A stretch of DNA of 64,000 nt from Mytilus edulis (GCF_963676685.1 NC_092351.1:89838001-89902000), one strand, 5' to 3'. Counted from the stretch's first letter, positions 11,884-25,415 are shown. The notes: generated by a model not told the origin, from the letters alone. Made by a program: numbers and translations.

Positions 11884-13540
11884 TGCCCGCGTCACACTGT
11901 CCCGATTTTAACGCCGATAGCAACACGATTATGGAAATTTTCAAAATCGGGACTGATCGTATCCAGATCGGGCTATTTGTAGTGCCATCTTTAACCATCG
12001 TAGAACCATCGTCCACTTTTTCTAGCATTCGGGGACAACTTCGGGAAGGGTTCTAAATTTTTTAACATGTTAAAAAATCCCCGAAGGTGCGTCCGATGTT
12101 TAGGGTTCGTATTGAGTTCGTATCACCATCCTCACCATCGTAATGTCACCGGGAACGCATCTTTGAATATCGTATTGCATTCGTGTTTCCATCGTTTCCA
12201 TCGGGCAGTTTTGACATTACGATGTCTACACGAATGAATAACGAAGATAACCGAAGGTCTTACGATGGGAACACGACTTCGTGAAGACCTCGTAATCCCG
12301 TCGTGATGCCATCGAATAAAAGTACGAAGGTGACAAGATGGAACTACGACGGCAATAAATCCAGCTAAATGTAAGTTAATTTTCGCGCTTAAATGCATTT
12401 AAAGTACCATGCGCGATATGCACTGGTCAGTCTAATACGACAGTTAAGAAAGACGTTCACAAAACATGGACCTCATATCATATGATTCTATGAGAACAAG
12501 AAAGGCGACAGCGTTGTTTCTATTAATTCAAATGGAACAAGAAGAGCAGGTATTACAGGCTCAGGATTTACTTTTTCAAATAAGATATTATTTTTTGTCA
12601 ATTTTTCATATCAAATAACATAATAAAAATCATAAACGCGCCTCGTATACCAACACTGCAGGTACACGTATATAGGGAAACCAACTTTTTTTTCATTATT
12701 CTGATTTTTTATGTATCGTCTGAGTTGTTGTCACACGAATGTTTACTCCATAAACATTTTGTTTTCTATATGTCATATTATGCCGCATTTGTTGCTTTCC
12801 CCACAGACCTTCTTTCCTTTTGAATAAAAGGGATCAACGAACCCATTACCTTACCTTTAAGATAGATCAGTAAACATGGGCATAATTATGGGTGATTATT
12901 CAGACTAGTGCTGCTGCACACATTTTACAGTTCAAACAAGGCAATGCCGAGCGTGGCATCCCCTCGTATGTAACATATTGGGGACAAATATGGACACTAT
13001 ATTTGTATATGACACATTTAGAAAATGGTAAATTGAATACGCATATTTGATACATAAACTATTTTTTTTCGAAATCAACCAAATTATTCAGTAACTGGAA
13101 ATACCCACGGTCTTCCGTCTTATGATTAAACCAAAAATTAAATGTACAATATAATGTATATTCAATATTGATCAAACAATTTAAAACGTGTGATGCCTTC
13201 GACATATAATTTAAATGCATCGTAAGCTGTACACGACGTCTTTTAGACATCGTATGGCCATCGCGCTATCATCGTAATCCATCGTGTAGCCTTCGTGATC
13301 CATCTTGTAGGCTTCGGCTGAGATATGAAGCTTAAATACCGTCTTCGGTTAACCTTCGTATGTCCATCTTTTGCTATCGTATATACTCTCGGCACCCTCG
13401 TATAGACTTCGTTATTCATCGTACTTGCTTCGGTCACTTTTGGGTATTTTAACGAGATCGGGACCAACTTCGTACGAACTTGCAATTTTCGCATTCGGTT
13501 GTCCATCGTATATAAAAATCGAGACAGTGTGACGCGGGCA
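11884..13540. mobile_element. Non-autonomous PIF/Harbinger-type DNA transposon (1657 bp)
   Basis: 26-bp TIR tgcccgcgtcacactgtcccgatttt / aaaatcgagacagtgtgacgcgggca (1 mismatch). TAA TSD at 11881-11883 and 13541-13543. Many subterminal ccatcg/cttcgt motifs. Confidence 0.9.
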
Positions 13541-14539
13541 TAAATATGTATAATAACAATGTTTTAGAACATATTCATCCCTTCTCTTCCAATGAAAAGT
13601 CAGTTTCCTCCTCTATTTTTCATAGTACATGGTTTTTAATGCACAATGAAATACTATACATGAATGACTTCTCATTGTCAGATAATTATCTAAGTGAGCA
13701 CTAATGATGTGTATAATCCCCTGAGGCATTTTCCCCGGGAAAAGAGCATACTTATTAAAGATGAAAGAGCAAATATTAAAACAAAACCTTTTGAATTTTG
13801 CAAATGTTCATACATTTTCTAATGGTACACATATATAGAATAAAACAATGGGGGTAAGGATGTATGTAAAATAATATTTATTATATACCTGGCATTTGAG
13901 GGATTTTTTTTCTTTCAAGAAAACAATGCCAGACTGCTGAAATATACATGTAAAGCAAAGGATTTTTTTCGGAGAAACACAATACATATGAAATTATCAA
14001 TAAAAAGTAAGCATTTCATATTTAATGGTCTGAATTTAAAAGTATATATACAGAGAGTTTTATATTTATAAAAAAAAAATGAGGAAGTCTCGTTTTGGAA
14101 GGTCACTCCAAAGTGTGAAGATGTTCTAAATTGGTCAGACAATACTTGGTCATGTTTTGACTTGGGCTTAAACCTTCATAAAACAGACCAAGTATTGTCT
14201 AACCTATATGTATTGACCCATACACGAGATTTAATCCTGTACAATATTTGTTAAATGAAAGGATTTATAAACTTATATGTTATCGATTTAAATTCCAATA
14301 CACAGGTATTTATTTATATAATAATATTATATATTAAAGAGGCATTAGAATATAGGAAAATGATCTTGACCAATTAAATTGTTGGATTTGATTTTTCTTA
14401 ATTGTGGAGAATTGATCATGTTCTTAGTATGGCATTATACTATTGTTTAAGCCTATTTAAAGTTCAAAACAATGAGTTTCTGCAATAAGTTAAAACTGCT
14501 TCGAGGTACATTTAGCAGATTGAAATGATTTGACCATTG

Positions 14540-15480
14540 AAACGGATACTGCGGAAATTTACCCCAAAGAACTTACTTTAAATAAATCAAATTTATTCGG
14601 TAATAACTGTCCTTTCCTGGATTTAGATATTTCGGTTTTAAACGGGAAACTCCACACTAAAATTTACGACAAAAGAGACGATTTTTCGTTCCCTATTGTT
14701 AATTTTCCATTTTTAGATGGTGATGTTCCTTTGGCACCATCTTACGGTGTTTATCAGAGGCGGATTTAGAGGGGGGCCCAGGGGGCCCGCCCCCCTCCCC
14801 CTTTTTGGGAAAAAATTTGGTTGCTTATATAGGGAATCACTGAAGCGTGACTGGAGCGGGCCATAAATTACTTAAAACCTTTACTAAATTTGTCCATAGA
14901 TATAAAGATTTGGTTTTGAAGTTTGTTTGTACCTGTAGAAAACTTATTTCAAACGGAATAGCACATGCTCATTCTTTACGGAAATTCTGTTAACAGTGCT
15001 CGGAAATTTAGAAATGATCCATGTAAACTTGTCGCTCCTTTAAATAAACTTATTCTAAAAGGCTACCTATTCAACACTGTAATAAGATCATTGAATATTG
15101 TTTTTATTGGTATAAATATTGATTTTGTTACCAGTAAACTAAAAGCTAATTAAATATTCCTAGTATGTTATATGTATATACATATTCATGGATCTACAAT
15201 CTGTCGATACCTGTAACTTGGCATTGTACAAGGTCATGTTTTTCTCTGGCTGTTTATGACGTCTTTACACTAAATCCATTGGACGTTGGATGTGTACGGA
15301 TTGATAGTTTAGTCTTAGTTGCATGATTTTTTTATTAGTTGTTAGTGGCTTTAAACTAGCTGTCAGATAACTGCGAGTACTCTCAGATCTGTTCATTGTG
15401 TCTTTTTGTGTCGGGATGTATAAGTACCGGGCCACGTCCACTTGTCTTTTTGTCCATCTGATGAGTTAAGCCTTTTCAAC
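14540..15480 (+). mobile_element. Penelope-like (Naiad-type) RT 3' fragment interrupted by a GC-rich MITE fragment at 14756-14862
   Basis: FLDLDI...TKIYDKRDDFSFPIVNFPFLDGDVPLAPSYGVY; resumes as HKLLKTFTKF after the insert. No C-terminal GIY-YIG seen. Confidence 0.85.
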
Positions 15481-16150
15481 TGATTTTTATAGTTCGTTCT
15501 TATGTTGTACTGTTATTCCACTGTCCCAGGTTAGGGGGAGGGTTGTGATTCCGCTAACATGTTGAACCCCGCTACATTATTTATGTATGTGCCTGTCCCA
15601 AGTCAGGAGCCTGTAATTCAGTGGTTGTCGTTTGTTTATGTGTTACATATTTGTTTTTCGTTCATTTTTTTTTTTTACATAAATAACGCCGTTAGTTTTC
15701 TCGTTTGAATTGTTTTACATTGTCTTATCGGGGCCTTTTATAGCTCACTATGCGGTATGGGCTTTGCTCATTGTTGAAGGCAGTACGGTGACCTATAGTT
15801 GTTAATGTCTGTGTCATTTTGATCTTTTGTGGATAGTTGTCTCATTTGAAATCATACCACATCTTCTTTTTATAAGTCAGGAATCTGATGTACAGTAGTT
15901 GTCGTTTGTTTATGTAATTTATACGTGTTTCTCGTTTCTCGTTTTTTTATTTTATATAGATTACACCGTTGGTTTTCCCGTTTGAATGGTTTTACACTAG
16001 TAATTTGGGGGCCCTTTATAGCTTGTTGTTCGGTGTGAGCAAAGGCTCCGTGTTGATGGCCGTGCATTGACCTATAATGGTTTACTTTTTTTAAATTGTT
16101 ATTTGGATGGAGAGTTGTCTCATTGGCACTCACACCACATCTTCCTATAT
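15480..16150 (+). repeat. Two tandem copies of the SINE-like dispersed repeat
   Basis: Both copies contain agtcagga...gttgtcgtttgtttatg and end in gttgtctcatt...accacatctt (near 15870 and 16146). Confidence 0.7.
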
Positions 16151-16736
16151 CTATATATAATTTAATTCCGAAACAAACAAACAAACAAAAACAGAAATTT
16201 ACTGGTGTAGTAAAATAAGTACTAGTAATGCTATTGTTATAATATCAATAAATTCAAACCACTTGAAAAATTAAACTACACAAAAGCAATGCAAACAACT
16301 TTTTTTTAAATTAAATGTTACAAAATATCTAGCTAATAGATAGAATATATACTTTGTTCTCTAAAAACTAAATACAAGTTTTCAAAGAAACATATAATAT
16401 AAATACATATACAATAGTTAATGTAAACAAATACAATAAGATATTTTAGAAGTACAAAATTATGGTTAAAATAATCTGTATAATCTTTGAGTGTGCCTTG
16501 TCTTCTATTTTTTTGCCTGCATTCGTTGTCAATCCATGATTTATTCGATTTCCGTTTTTGTGTATTGATATGAAATATTAATCCACATGACAAAATTGCT
16601 TTCATTTTCTCTAAGCCGGACATATTTTAAAATCTCATCTTTATGTCATGGAGTCATTTTGGACCTCATTTTATATTATGGTGAAAATTTAGTTTTCAGC
16701 AAAAAGACATAAGTTTAAGATATTTTATTTATTTAA

Positions 16737-17288
16737 GGGGGTTCGCGGGTCTAAATCATTTATATAGGATTTCTGTAAATTTTAAGATAAATGAACTTTA
16801 TTTTAAAGGTCACAGAAAAATAAAATAAAAAAGTGGGGTCACCGTTCATTTGCGCTCACAATCTGCCTTCGGAAGAAGCATACATTTTTGTAAAGATCAT
16901 TGTTTTCTGTTGAGGTAATAGGAGAAATAAAGGTAATATCGGAAAAAAAGAAAGAAATTTATTACAGAAATCACTCACATTTTACAATAATTTAGTTTAA
17001 GTACAGCTTATATGGAAATTATATTAAAAAATATAGGTCACCGATGAGTTAAAAAAAGATATTTCAATTTTAAAGCCAAAAAATGGCATTTTTCTAAAGG
17101 GCAGATAATTTGGAACTTTTTCAATGATTAATACATTTTAAAAGTCATCTGGGGCCAACACGAATTGTTTGTTTTGAATGATTTTTGTACCATATGATAA
17201 GTAACAACTACAAAAGGTAACAAATAAAATTTGAAATGAAAAACAAATGTTTATTTTTTTTCTGAAATTTTTATACCCTCGAGCCTCC
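16737..17288. mobile_element. Kolobok-like non-autonomous element (552 bp)
   Basis: TTAA at 16733-16736 and 17289-17292. Imperfect TIR gggggttcgcgggtctaaa / tttataccctcgagcctcc with GG...CC ends. Confidence 0.8.
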
Positions 17289-18621
17289 TTAATGTTCATT
17301 TCGAAGCTGCAGTATTTATTAAAAGTATTTTTGTTTTATATTCGTTCATTATTGTTGAAGGAAATCATTTTTATATTCTCGAAACATTTAAGATAAGAAT
17401 TTCACATCTGATAGATATTTATTTTGGCATTTGTCATTTAGATTTTCTCTTTGTTAGGCTTTATTTTTTTAAGATGTTTAGCGACAAGCTAAGTGGACAC
17501 AATTAGACATGTTTTTTTACTAATTCTATTGTCCGGTAAACACAAACAAGTTGTTATGTAAACAACCATGTCTAGGTAACCTGGTCAATTAGGGTTCTTT
17601 GTCCTGTCCAGCAAAGACCTTTCCACGCCCCTTTTTACCCCAAAATATCAGGGTAACTAAGATAGCTTGATTGTTTAACGAATCTGATTGGACGAACCTG
17701 AAACAGTAACGCAAAATCGAACAAGTGAATTTCGGTCCCAAAAGTGGCATTATCGAATGCGCTTTAGAAGATATAACATCTAAAACCATCTTCACTGTGT
17801 TTGTTATAACTGTTTTCAGGCCCTTACCCATACTCATTAGTCCGTAAGGTGTGCTGTTGGTTAAGTCCAACCATAACAGGCAAACGACAGTCCACCCAAC
17901 CCAGCATCCGACAAACCAGATAACAGTCAGAAACTCCAAGTCTGATAACTATATAACAAATTATTAGGCAACCCGATCGTCTAATTGATAAGTTAAATCT
18001 GTTTTTCATTTTGAAGTAAATTAATAAGCCTACCACAACTCTCAATTTTATCTTCCTGAGGTAGAAAACTCCTCGCTCTAAATTTAATAGTACATACCTT
18101 TAAATAGAAAAACAGATATAACTGTAACTGCACGAAGCAAGACACAACTGATGTTTTACGGTGTAAGCAATATACAAGTCACTTTGTAAGTAATGAAGTT
18201 TATGAGAGGCTGATGCTATGTTTCCTTCTGGCTTTTTTCATGACAATTTTATCGCGGTAAAGCTGTGATGTTTTATCAACATTTTTTTAGCAAACTATTC
18301 AGAATAATTGTATGATAGCAATATTTTTCCTTTTTTTTTAAACTGAGAATCTGGATTGAACGTTATACTTCCCATCCCACTATAAAGTACGCGGCTGTTA
18401 TTCTATAGAAAATAACTTTAATATGTTTATTTGATCATTTGTTAGAGTAAAATGAATATAGAGATTTATTAGCTTAAGAACTGACACGAAGAAGGCACGA
18501 AATCTTTATACATGTACATGTAAGACGAAAAACGAATATCAATGGGTCGAAGAATGATTTCAAATATTACAATGTGAATCGATCGGATTTTTATAATCCA
18601 ACACACCGATGTGTGAAATCT

Positions 18622-18814
18622 CTGAGGTGGATTTTTTTTTTTGGAGGGTGAGTGCAGGTTGCCCTACCCCCTTTTTTGTGGAGATATTTTTTATTATAAA
18701 GATTAAGATAGTGAATCACTAAAGCATGAGTGGAGTAGCCCTCTTATGCAGTCGGTCCCCCTTTCCCACAATCCCTACCCCAACTCACTTACGAAAGTTT
18801 CTGGATCCGCCACT
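18622..18814. mobile_element. GC-rich MITE, same family as 14756-14862
   Basis: Ends in ctggatccgccactg and shares gaatcact(g/a)aagc(g/a)tga with the 14756 insert. Confidence 0.55.
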
Positions 18815-20219
18815 GTTTTGAAAAGTTTTGCATCATTACATGTACATGTCCCATTATTTTAACGATAGCTTAACAAAGCTTTTTTATTACATACCTTATT
18901 TGTTTCGAAAGTTAAAATGTGCGACAAATTTATTTTTGTTTTTCGGTATTTCTGTCTTGAAAACAGAGGAAAATATTGTTTTTGTCTTATTATAATATTA
19001 TCAAAGATGGAAATGTAAGAATTTAAAACCGTAATTGGCAATAACACACACTTACTACCAAACGAATTATACGTTAAAATTATAGTTTGCACTTTTATAA
19101 GGAGAAATAATTACCATGCATAGGTCACTATTTTATATCTTGAAGCATTAAATTTTGTTGAAACTTGATAACCGGACGTTTTAATTAAAAGAAAATAAAT
19201 CCATACAGGTATTTAATAATCTATAGAAAGTTCATTCAAGATTGTATCCTTATGATAAGCCTCGAGCTCTAGAACGCATCATGACACACCGAACAGGCTT
19301 TCTTGTCTTTAAAGGAAAATACATAACTTTAATAAACTCAAATAGATCACACGTATTATAATAAAATACGAGGTGTGTGCCATGATTATGAATAGATGGC
19401 GATGATACAGTATATAAAGTAAATTGATAAAGTGAAACATTATATACACGTTAGGAAAAGTAGGAACATTTGTATATATATAGGCACAGTACTTATAGTT
19501 AAAAATATGATATCTCTCTTTGTTATTACGAGAATGACATACGATGTTTTTAAATAATTATACATGTACTTAAGAGTTAAATAATATACTTTTTTTACTA
19601 GTATATGGGACAGAAATATCTGATGTTTGGATAAAATAAAAGGGGGTGTATGGTTAGTATGGATATATTCATAAAAAGTAAACAAAGTATATCGCTTACT
19701 GCAGAAATCGTTGGGAAGCTGGGATGCTTTTGGTAAGTACATTTATTAGCTACGGAAATTTGATGAACAATGGTATATGTTTTGTATGTATTTGTTCAAA
19801 TCTTCAGGGTTAAGATATAAATTAATTGCCACAATTTAATCAAAAAACTATATAAATACTTGTTCCGGTTTCATACTAAAATGAAATACCACTCAATAAA
19901 GAGACAAGTTTTTTAATATGAAAATATTTGGAAACTTTTCTATTTTGTTCAAAACTTAACCATTGTTTTATCATTCATCAAGCAATATCGAAACTATCAA
20001 GGATATTTGGAATTTAGAAACCACCGATTTAAAAAAAAAATGCATGTGCACTGATAATAAGATAATAGCATTCAACTGGAGATTCACAGACAATAGACAA
20101 TACTTTATTTTACATATTTAATATAGTTCATTTACTGAAGGTAGACTACAACAAAAAAACTATCTAATGGAAACTACTATATTTGTCAAAATGACAACAA
20201 CATAGAAACCCTGTTTTAA

Positions 20220-20551
20220 GGTGGTACCTAACACTACAGGGAGATAACTCTGTAAAATCAGCTAAACGTTTTAATTACGTTGTGTTGAAAAGGGAATATT
20301 AAGCTTCTCAATGATCAAAATAAGTGTTTGTCAAACTGCTATATAACCAGTGTAAAATGGTTGGTTCAAATTTTTTGAAATTTTTATATTTTTGTCATAG
20401 GGTCAAAGTAAATACTCTGCTGTTGTTTTTTATTTGGTCGGGTTGTTGTCTCTTTGACACATTCCCCATTTCCATTCTCAATTTTATTTGTCAAAATTTT
20501 ATGAAAATTAAACGAGCCAAATTAATTTTAGTTAAAGTATTGGGTACCACC
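20220..20551. mobile_element. Kolobok-like MITE
   Basis: TTAA TSD at 20216-20219 and 20552-20555. TIR ggtggtacctaa / ttgggtaccacc. A second copy lies at 31671-35552. Confidence 0.88.
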
Positions 20552-21215
20552 TTAAGGGTTTTTTTGGTTTTTTTTGTCAAATACATACATGTATATATAT
20601 TCTGAATACATTGTACTCCTGTTTTATCCATGTAATGCCTTTAAAAATTTTACAATCAACTTTTCTTTTGAGTTTTGTTCTTTCTTTATTATTCAATTGC
20701 AAAAGATATAAATATTATTTCAACTTTCGTATTCGTATTTATTTTATTTCTTTATTTATACATGGTATAATTTGTAATTGCAGATGTCGGTTTCTCATAG
20801 GAAATATATGTTTATTGAACGATGCCGTTAGTATCTAGAAATACCTTAACCACACAATAATCCATTTGACATACAGCAGTACAAGAGGCAGATGCAACAG
20901 TATTGTCTATAAACTATGTGCTCATAAACAGACTCTCGTATCTGTTACCCTGTTTCATAACAAAAGTTTGTTACATAGAGAAACCTACAAAGGTCTTCCT
21001 GAATTATTTGAACAAGCGATGTACGCAGCTGACTTGGATAGACATAGACATAAAATGGTCTAGTCAACTCGCAAAAATTCTAGCTCAGAATGAGGATACA
21101 GTTATTGTAAAAAAAAAGATATAAAATTTGAAGTATTTGAGTGAAACTATACACATAAATACTCGTTTTAAAATTAAATTTTATACTTCAACATAAGAAA
21201 TAAAGTTTTCACAAA

Positions 21216-22343
21216 ATGACTGAATTGGACAACAACAGATCTAAATCTTCGGTTGGCTATTTCTTACTTGTTTTTGTTACCCTAGTGTTAATGGCCTCAT
21301 TATCTCTGTACGCTATAACCAGTGGTCATTTCAACAAGAGAAGAAACATTGTTGAACGGAATACTGAGAAGTCTTATATGCATATGGTGGTAAATACACT
21401 AACTGGAACAATAATTGATGAGGACCAAAAATATGCCATAAATGGTTTTAATCAATCGATACTTAAAGGGTCAACATTGAAATGCTTTGGACATGACTTT
21501 GAAATTCTTATTAATGAGCACACACTCTGTGAGAAATCGGATGATATAGACATTCTCATTCTTATATCAAGTTCCCAAAATCAGTTTAATGAGAGAGAGG
21601 CCATTAGAAAATCATGGGGATCCAAATGTAACCGAAACGACACGGCAATTAAGTGCTTATTTGTGATCGGAAATGACCGGTTAACTTCGGGTGTTTCTAC
21701 GAAGGATTCCGGTTTACAGGAAGAAAGTACATTATATAAAGATATTGTACAAATTGACTATATCGACTCATATGGGAATTTAACATACAAGACTGTGTTC
21801 AGTATTTCATGGGCCGCGAGATATTGCTCGTCAGCTAAGTACGTTATGAAGACAGACACTGATATGTATGTAAATACGAATCTACTCCCCTTTATCACAA
21901 AGAAAGCACCAAATACGTTCATAGGTGGATATTGCTGGGGACTGTCGACCCCACACAGAAATAGAAATTCTAAATGGTATGTGTCGTTCAAAGGCTATAA
22001 GGAGAACAAATTCCCCCCAATGTGTTCAGGAACTGGATATATTATCAGTATGGACTTAGTCCTAACTATTTTACAGACGACTGAATATATTCCATTCTTT
22101 TATCTAGAGGACGTGTACATTGCAATGTGCTTGAAAAAAATGCATGTTACGCCAACCTATTTACTGGGTTTTAACAATATGAAACCGCGCTTCAATCCAT
22201 GTTTTTATAAGAATGATATCATTACGTCACATGGTGTAAAACCAAGAGAACTGGTTACTTATTGGAACCAGATTAAATCGTGTAATGTTTCAATTGTACA
22301 AGAAAATGTATACAAACCACGCCCATTACTGAGAGTTAATTGA
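21216..22343 (+). CDS. Beta-1,3-galactosyltransferase (GT31 / Galactosyl_T family, B3GALT1/5-like), type II membrane protein, single coding exon
   Basis: Intact 375-aa ORF. N-terminal TM segment YFLLVFVTLVLMASLSLYAI; motifs REAIRKSWG, DSYGNLTYKT, YVMKTDTD (DxD), SKWYVS, CSGTGY, LEDVYI. Confidence 0.93.
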   Translation: MTELDNNRSKSSVGYFLLVFVTLVLMASLSLYAITSGHFNKRRNIVERNTEKSYMHMVVNTLTGTIIDEDQKYAINGFNQSILKGSTLKCFGHDFEILINEHTLCEKSDDIDILILISSSQNQFNEREAIRKSWGSKCNRNDTAIKCLFVIGNDRLTSGVSTKDSGLQEESTLYKDIVQIDYIDSYGNLTYKTVFSISWAARYCSSAKYVMKTDTDMYVNTNLLPFITKKAPNTFIGGYCWGLSTPHRNRNSKWYVSFKGYKENKFPPMCSGTGYIISMDLVLTILQTTEYIPFFYLEDVYIAMCLKKMHVTPTYLLGFNNMKPRFNPCFYKNDIITSHGVKPRELVTYWNQIKSCNVSIVQENVYKPRPLLRVN

Positions 22344-22505
22344 TGAGCAGACTCTACCGAGAAAGTGTTTAGTAGTTAAATGTATACAAACGACGCCAAT
22401 TGCTGAGAGTTAATTGATGATCATACTCTACCGAGAAAGTTTAAAGTAGTTAAATGTATACAAACCACGCCCATTGCTGAGAGTTAATTCATATTCAGAT
22501 TCTAC
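22304..22505. repeat. 74-bp tandem repeat (~2.7 copies) overlapping the gene's stop codon
   Basis: aaatgtatacaaac starts at 22304, 22378 and 22452. Confidence 0.9.
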
Positions 22506-24025
22506 TGGTAATTGAGATTATGAACTAAGACAAATAATTAAAAAAAATTATCATAGCTTAAACTCAAATATATTCGTTCTATGTAAAGGCGTAGATTCTA
22601 ATTGTTAAATTAAATGGGAGAAAATATTTTGAAATAATTTGCATTTGGATAATTTGTGGTCGGGATTAAAACAACACACATGTGCACTGATAATAAAGTA
22701 AAAGCATTCCACTAGCGATCTATACACAATATTTCATATACTGAGGGTAGATTACAAAAAGAAACTATCAAATGGAAACTGCCATATTTGTCAAAATGTC
22801 AACAACATAGAAACCATGCAATACTTATTTTTTTAGTTGTTGTATACAAGGTAAATAGATATATGAAGATGTGGTATGAGTACCAATGAGACAACTCTCC
22901 GTCCAAGTCACAATTTGTAAAAGGTAAACCATTATATGTTAAAGTACAACCTTCAACACGGAGACTCGGCTCGATTCGAACAGCAAGGTATGAATGGCCC
23001 CAAAATGACTAATATTAAACAATTCTAACAGGAAAATCAACGGCCTTATATACATAAAAACATACAGACGGTTATAAACTTCACCAGTAAGCGACAACCA
23101 CATGACTTACGACAAGTACAAACAAATGCAGCGGGTACACATTTTTTATAACGTTTTTCATTAACCTGAAACAGTAGTATAACATAGAAAGACACACTAT
23201 AAAGTATCAGTTTGGAAAAGGAAATATTTACAAATTCAAGTAAATATAAATCTGAACGAATAAATTTGATATATGAAACAATATAAATACAATATGTAAA
23301 ACAATTGTCAAAAAGACAACTATAACCTGGGACAAAATGGCGTTAAATAAAATAACGTACACAGGAGACTTCAAATACAATAATTTTGTTGTAGTACAGA
23401 AATGTGTTTTACAAAAAAAAGTTTGTTTATAGTTTGAGAACATAAGTCAGAATCATTTTAATACTAAAACCAAAAGGTGGTACATATAAAAATAATAAGA
23501 CGAGATATAGCATGAAATAAACAAACATTAAATAAGAAAAATGCATTACAAATTGTGTCAACAGGTCAAATCGACACGAAAGTACGATTTCAAAGTTAAT
23601 TTTAAACTTGCTTCAAGTAATAATTAATACTTAGTAATACTTCCAGGTCTTTAAAGATGGCATATTTCGGCTTTAATATTGATTCACCATATAGGATATT
23701 TCCATATGGAATTCACATATTTATTCTAAAACTAGGTGTTGGCATGATACAGGTTATACTCGTCTCATATATTTCATGATGGTATGATACTCAACCCCTA
23801 ACGGGATGGATTGTGCTTGATATTCGTATGATGAAGACATAATCTTTCAATTAGTTGAATTGATGTATGGAGCTGGCATGTCAGTTCTTTTAAGCTTGAG
23901 TTTCATTGTGCGTATTGCTGTGTGTTTTTCTACATTGGCTAAAGGTATAAGGTCTTTGTTAGTCTTGTATGATTTTTGATTTTAATTTCTTTTATATATT
24001 TCGGAGTTTAGTATGACGTTCATTA

Positions 24026-24232
24026 TTGTAAATTCAGTTATTTTCGTGTGTACCAATTTATTTGGTTTGAGAAAATCTTGCATTTTCGTGGATATTCAAT
24101 GTTGTTGTTTTGGCAAAGACTGCATGCATTCCTTTAGAAATTTGTACTTGGTTGAAAATTTAAATTCATGGTTTGCCTGTGCCCACGAAATCCACGAAAC
24201 TTGGTATCTAACGAATAATAATGAATACACAG
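24026..24232. mobile_element. TA-flanked MITE (related copy at 35725-35944)
   Basis: ta-(c/t)tgta...attca ... tgaat...cag-ta ends and repeated ttttcgtg/cacgaaa motifs. Confidence 0.6.
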
Positions 24233-24890
24233 TATAACTGAACTAGTACACATCTTTGTTTGGGGGCCAACTGAAGCACGTCTCCAGATGTAGGATTTTC
24301 TCGATGTATTGAAGACCCATTAGATGTCTTCGGCTGTTTTCTGCTCTTTGGTCGGTATGTTGTATCTTCAACATATCCCCATTTCCTTTCTCAATTTAAT
24401 CATCCAATAAGACAGGAATAAATGATTCCATTATAGAAAAAGGCATGGTGTAGAAATAAACACTGGAAAATTCAAATATGACAACTTTCTAAAAACAATT
24501 ATTACATAATATAAATGGAATCTATTGAAAATCACGAAATTAATTCAATAATAATTTTTTTTTAAACCACACACACACACAAGATTAAGTTCCAGAATTT
24601 TGGCAGCCGCATAGACAGCGGGGTTAAACCTGTTTCTAGATCCCCACTGTCCCCTATACCTCTAGCCAAAGTGAAACACCTGCACAGTAATTCGCACAGT
24701 AACACTCACTTTAAGTCAGAGTCCGATGTAAGAACAGGTAAAAGAAGAAACTTAGCAAAATGACAATGATCAACATAAATTAACAAAGTGCTACTAGCAG
24801 TAACTGACATGTTATCTCGAGACCTTATTTAAACTAATTGAAAGACTATGTCTTCACCATATGAAAATCAACCACAATCACATCATAAAA

Positions 24891-25341
24891 TATCAAAGAA
24901 ACCAAAGGGACAGTAAAACTCATAAATCGAAAATAAACTGACAACGCCATGGCTAAAAATGAAAAAGACAAACAGACAAACAATAGCACACATGACACAA
25001 CATAGAAAACTGAGGAATAAGCAACACGAACCCCACCAAAAACTAAGTTTGATCTAAGGTGCTCCGGAAGGGAAAGCAGATCCTGCTTTACATGTGGCAC
25101 CCATCGTGGTGCACATATTATGGGTGCCACATGTGGAGCAGGATATGCTACCCTTCTGGAGCACCTGAGATCACCCCTAGTTTTTGGTGGGGTTCGTGTT
25201 GTTTATTCTTTAGTTTTCTATGTTGTGTCATGTGTACTATTGTTTGTCTGTTTGTCTTTTTCATTTTTAGCCATGGCGTTGTCAGTTTATTTTCGATTTA
25301 TGAGTTTTACTGTTCCTTTGGTTTCTTTCGTCCCTCTTTTA
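24891..25341. repeat. Head-to-head inverted pair of Penelope-like element 3' ends (~215-bp arms)
   Basis: 24891-25104 is the reverse complement of 25119-25330. Both match 30640-30845. Confidence 0.9.
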
Positions 25342-25415
25342 CTTTGGATTTAAAATACGTTTCAAAAATAAATCTACACGTTACGGTTGTAGAATCATTG
25401 ATTCTTTTGGATTCG

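Noticed and set aside
15458-15500. ctgatgag in the PLE 3' region as a possible hammerhead
   Set aside because: No stem II followed by GAAA at a suitable distance.
17588-17830. Possible MITE with aggg...ccct ends, and ORFs 17589-17939 and 17824-18045
   Set aside because: The inverted match is too short and the ORFs have no recognisable motifs.
20783-21124. Possible upstream exon or ORFs before the B3GALT gene
   Set aside because: Short overlapping ORFs without homology cues. It may be 5'UTR after an acceptor at ~20783, but this is unsupported.
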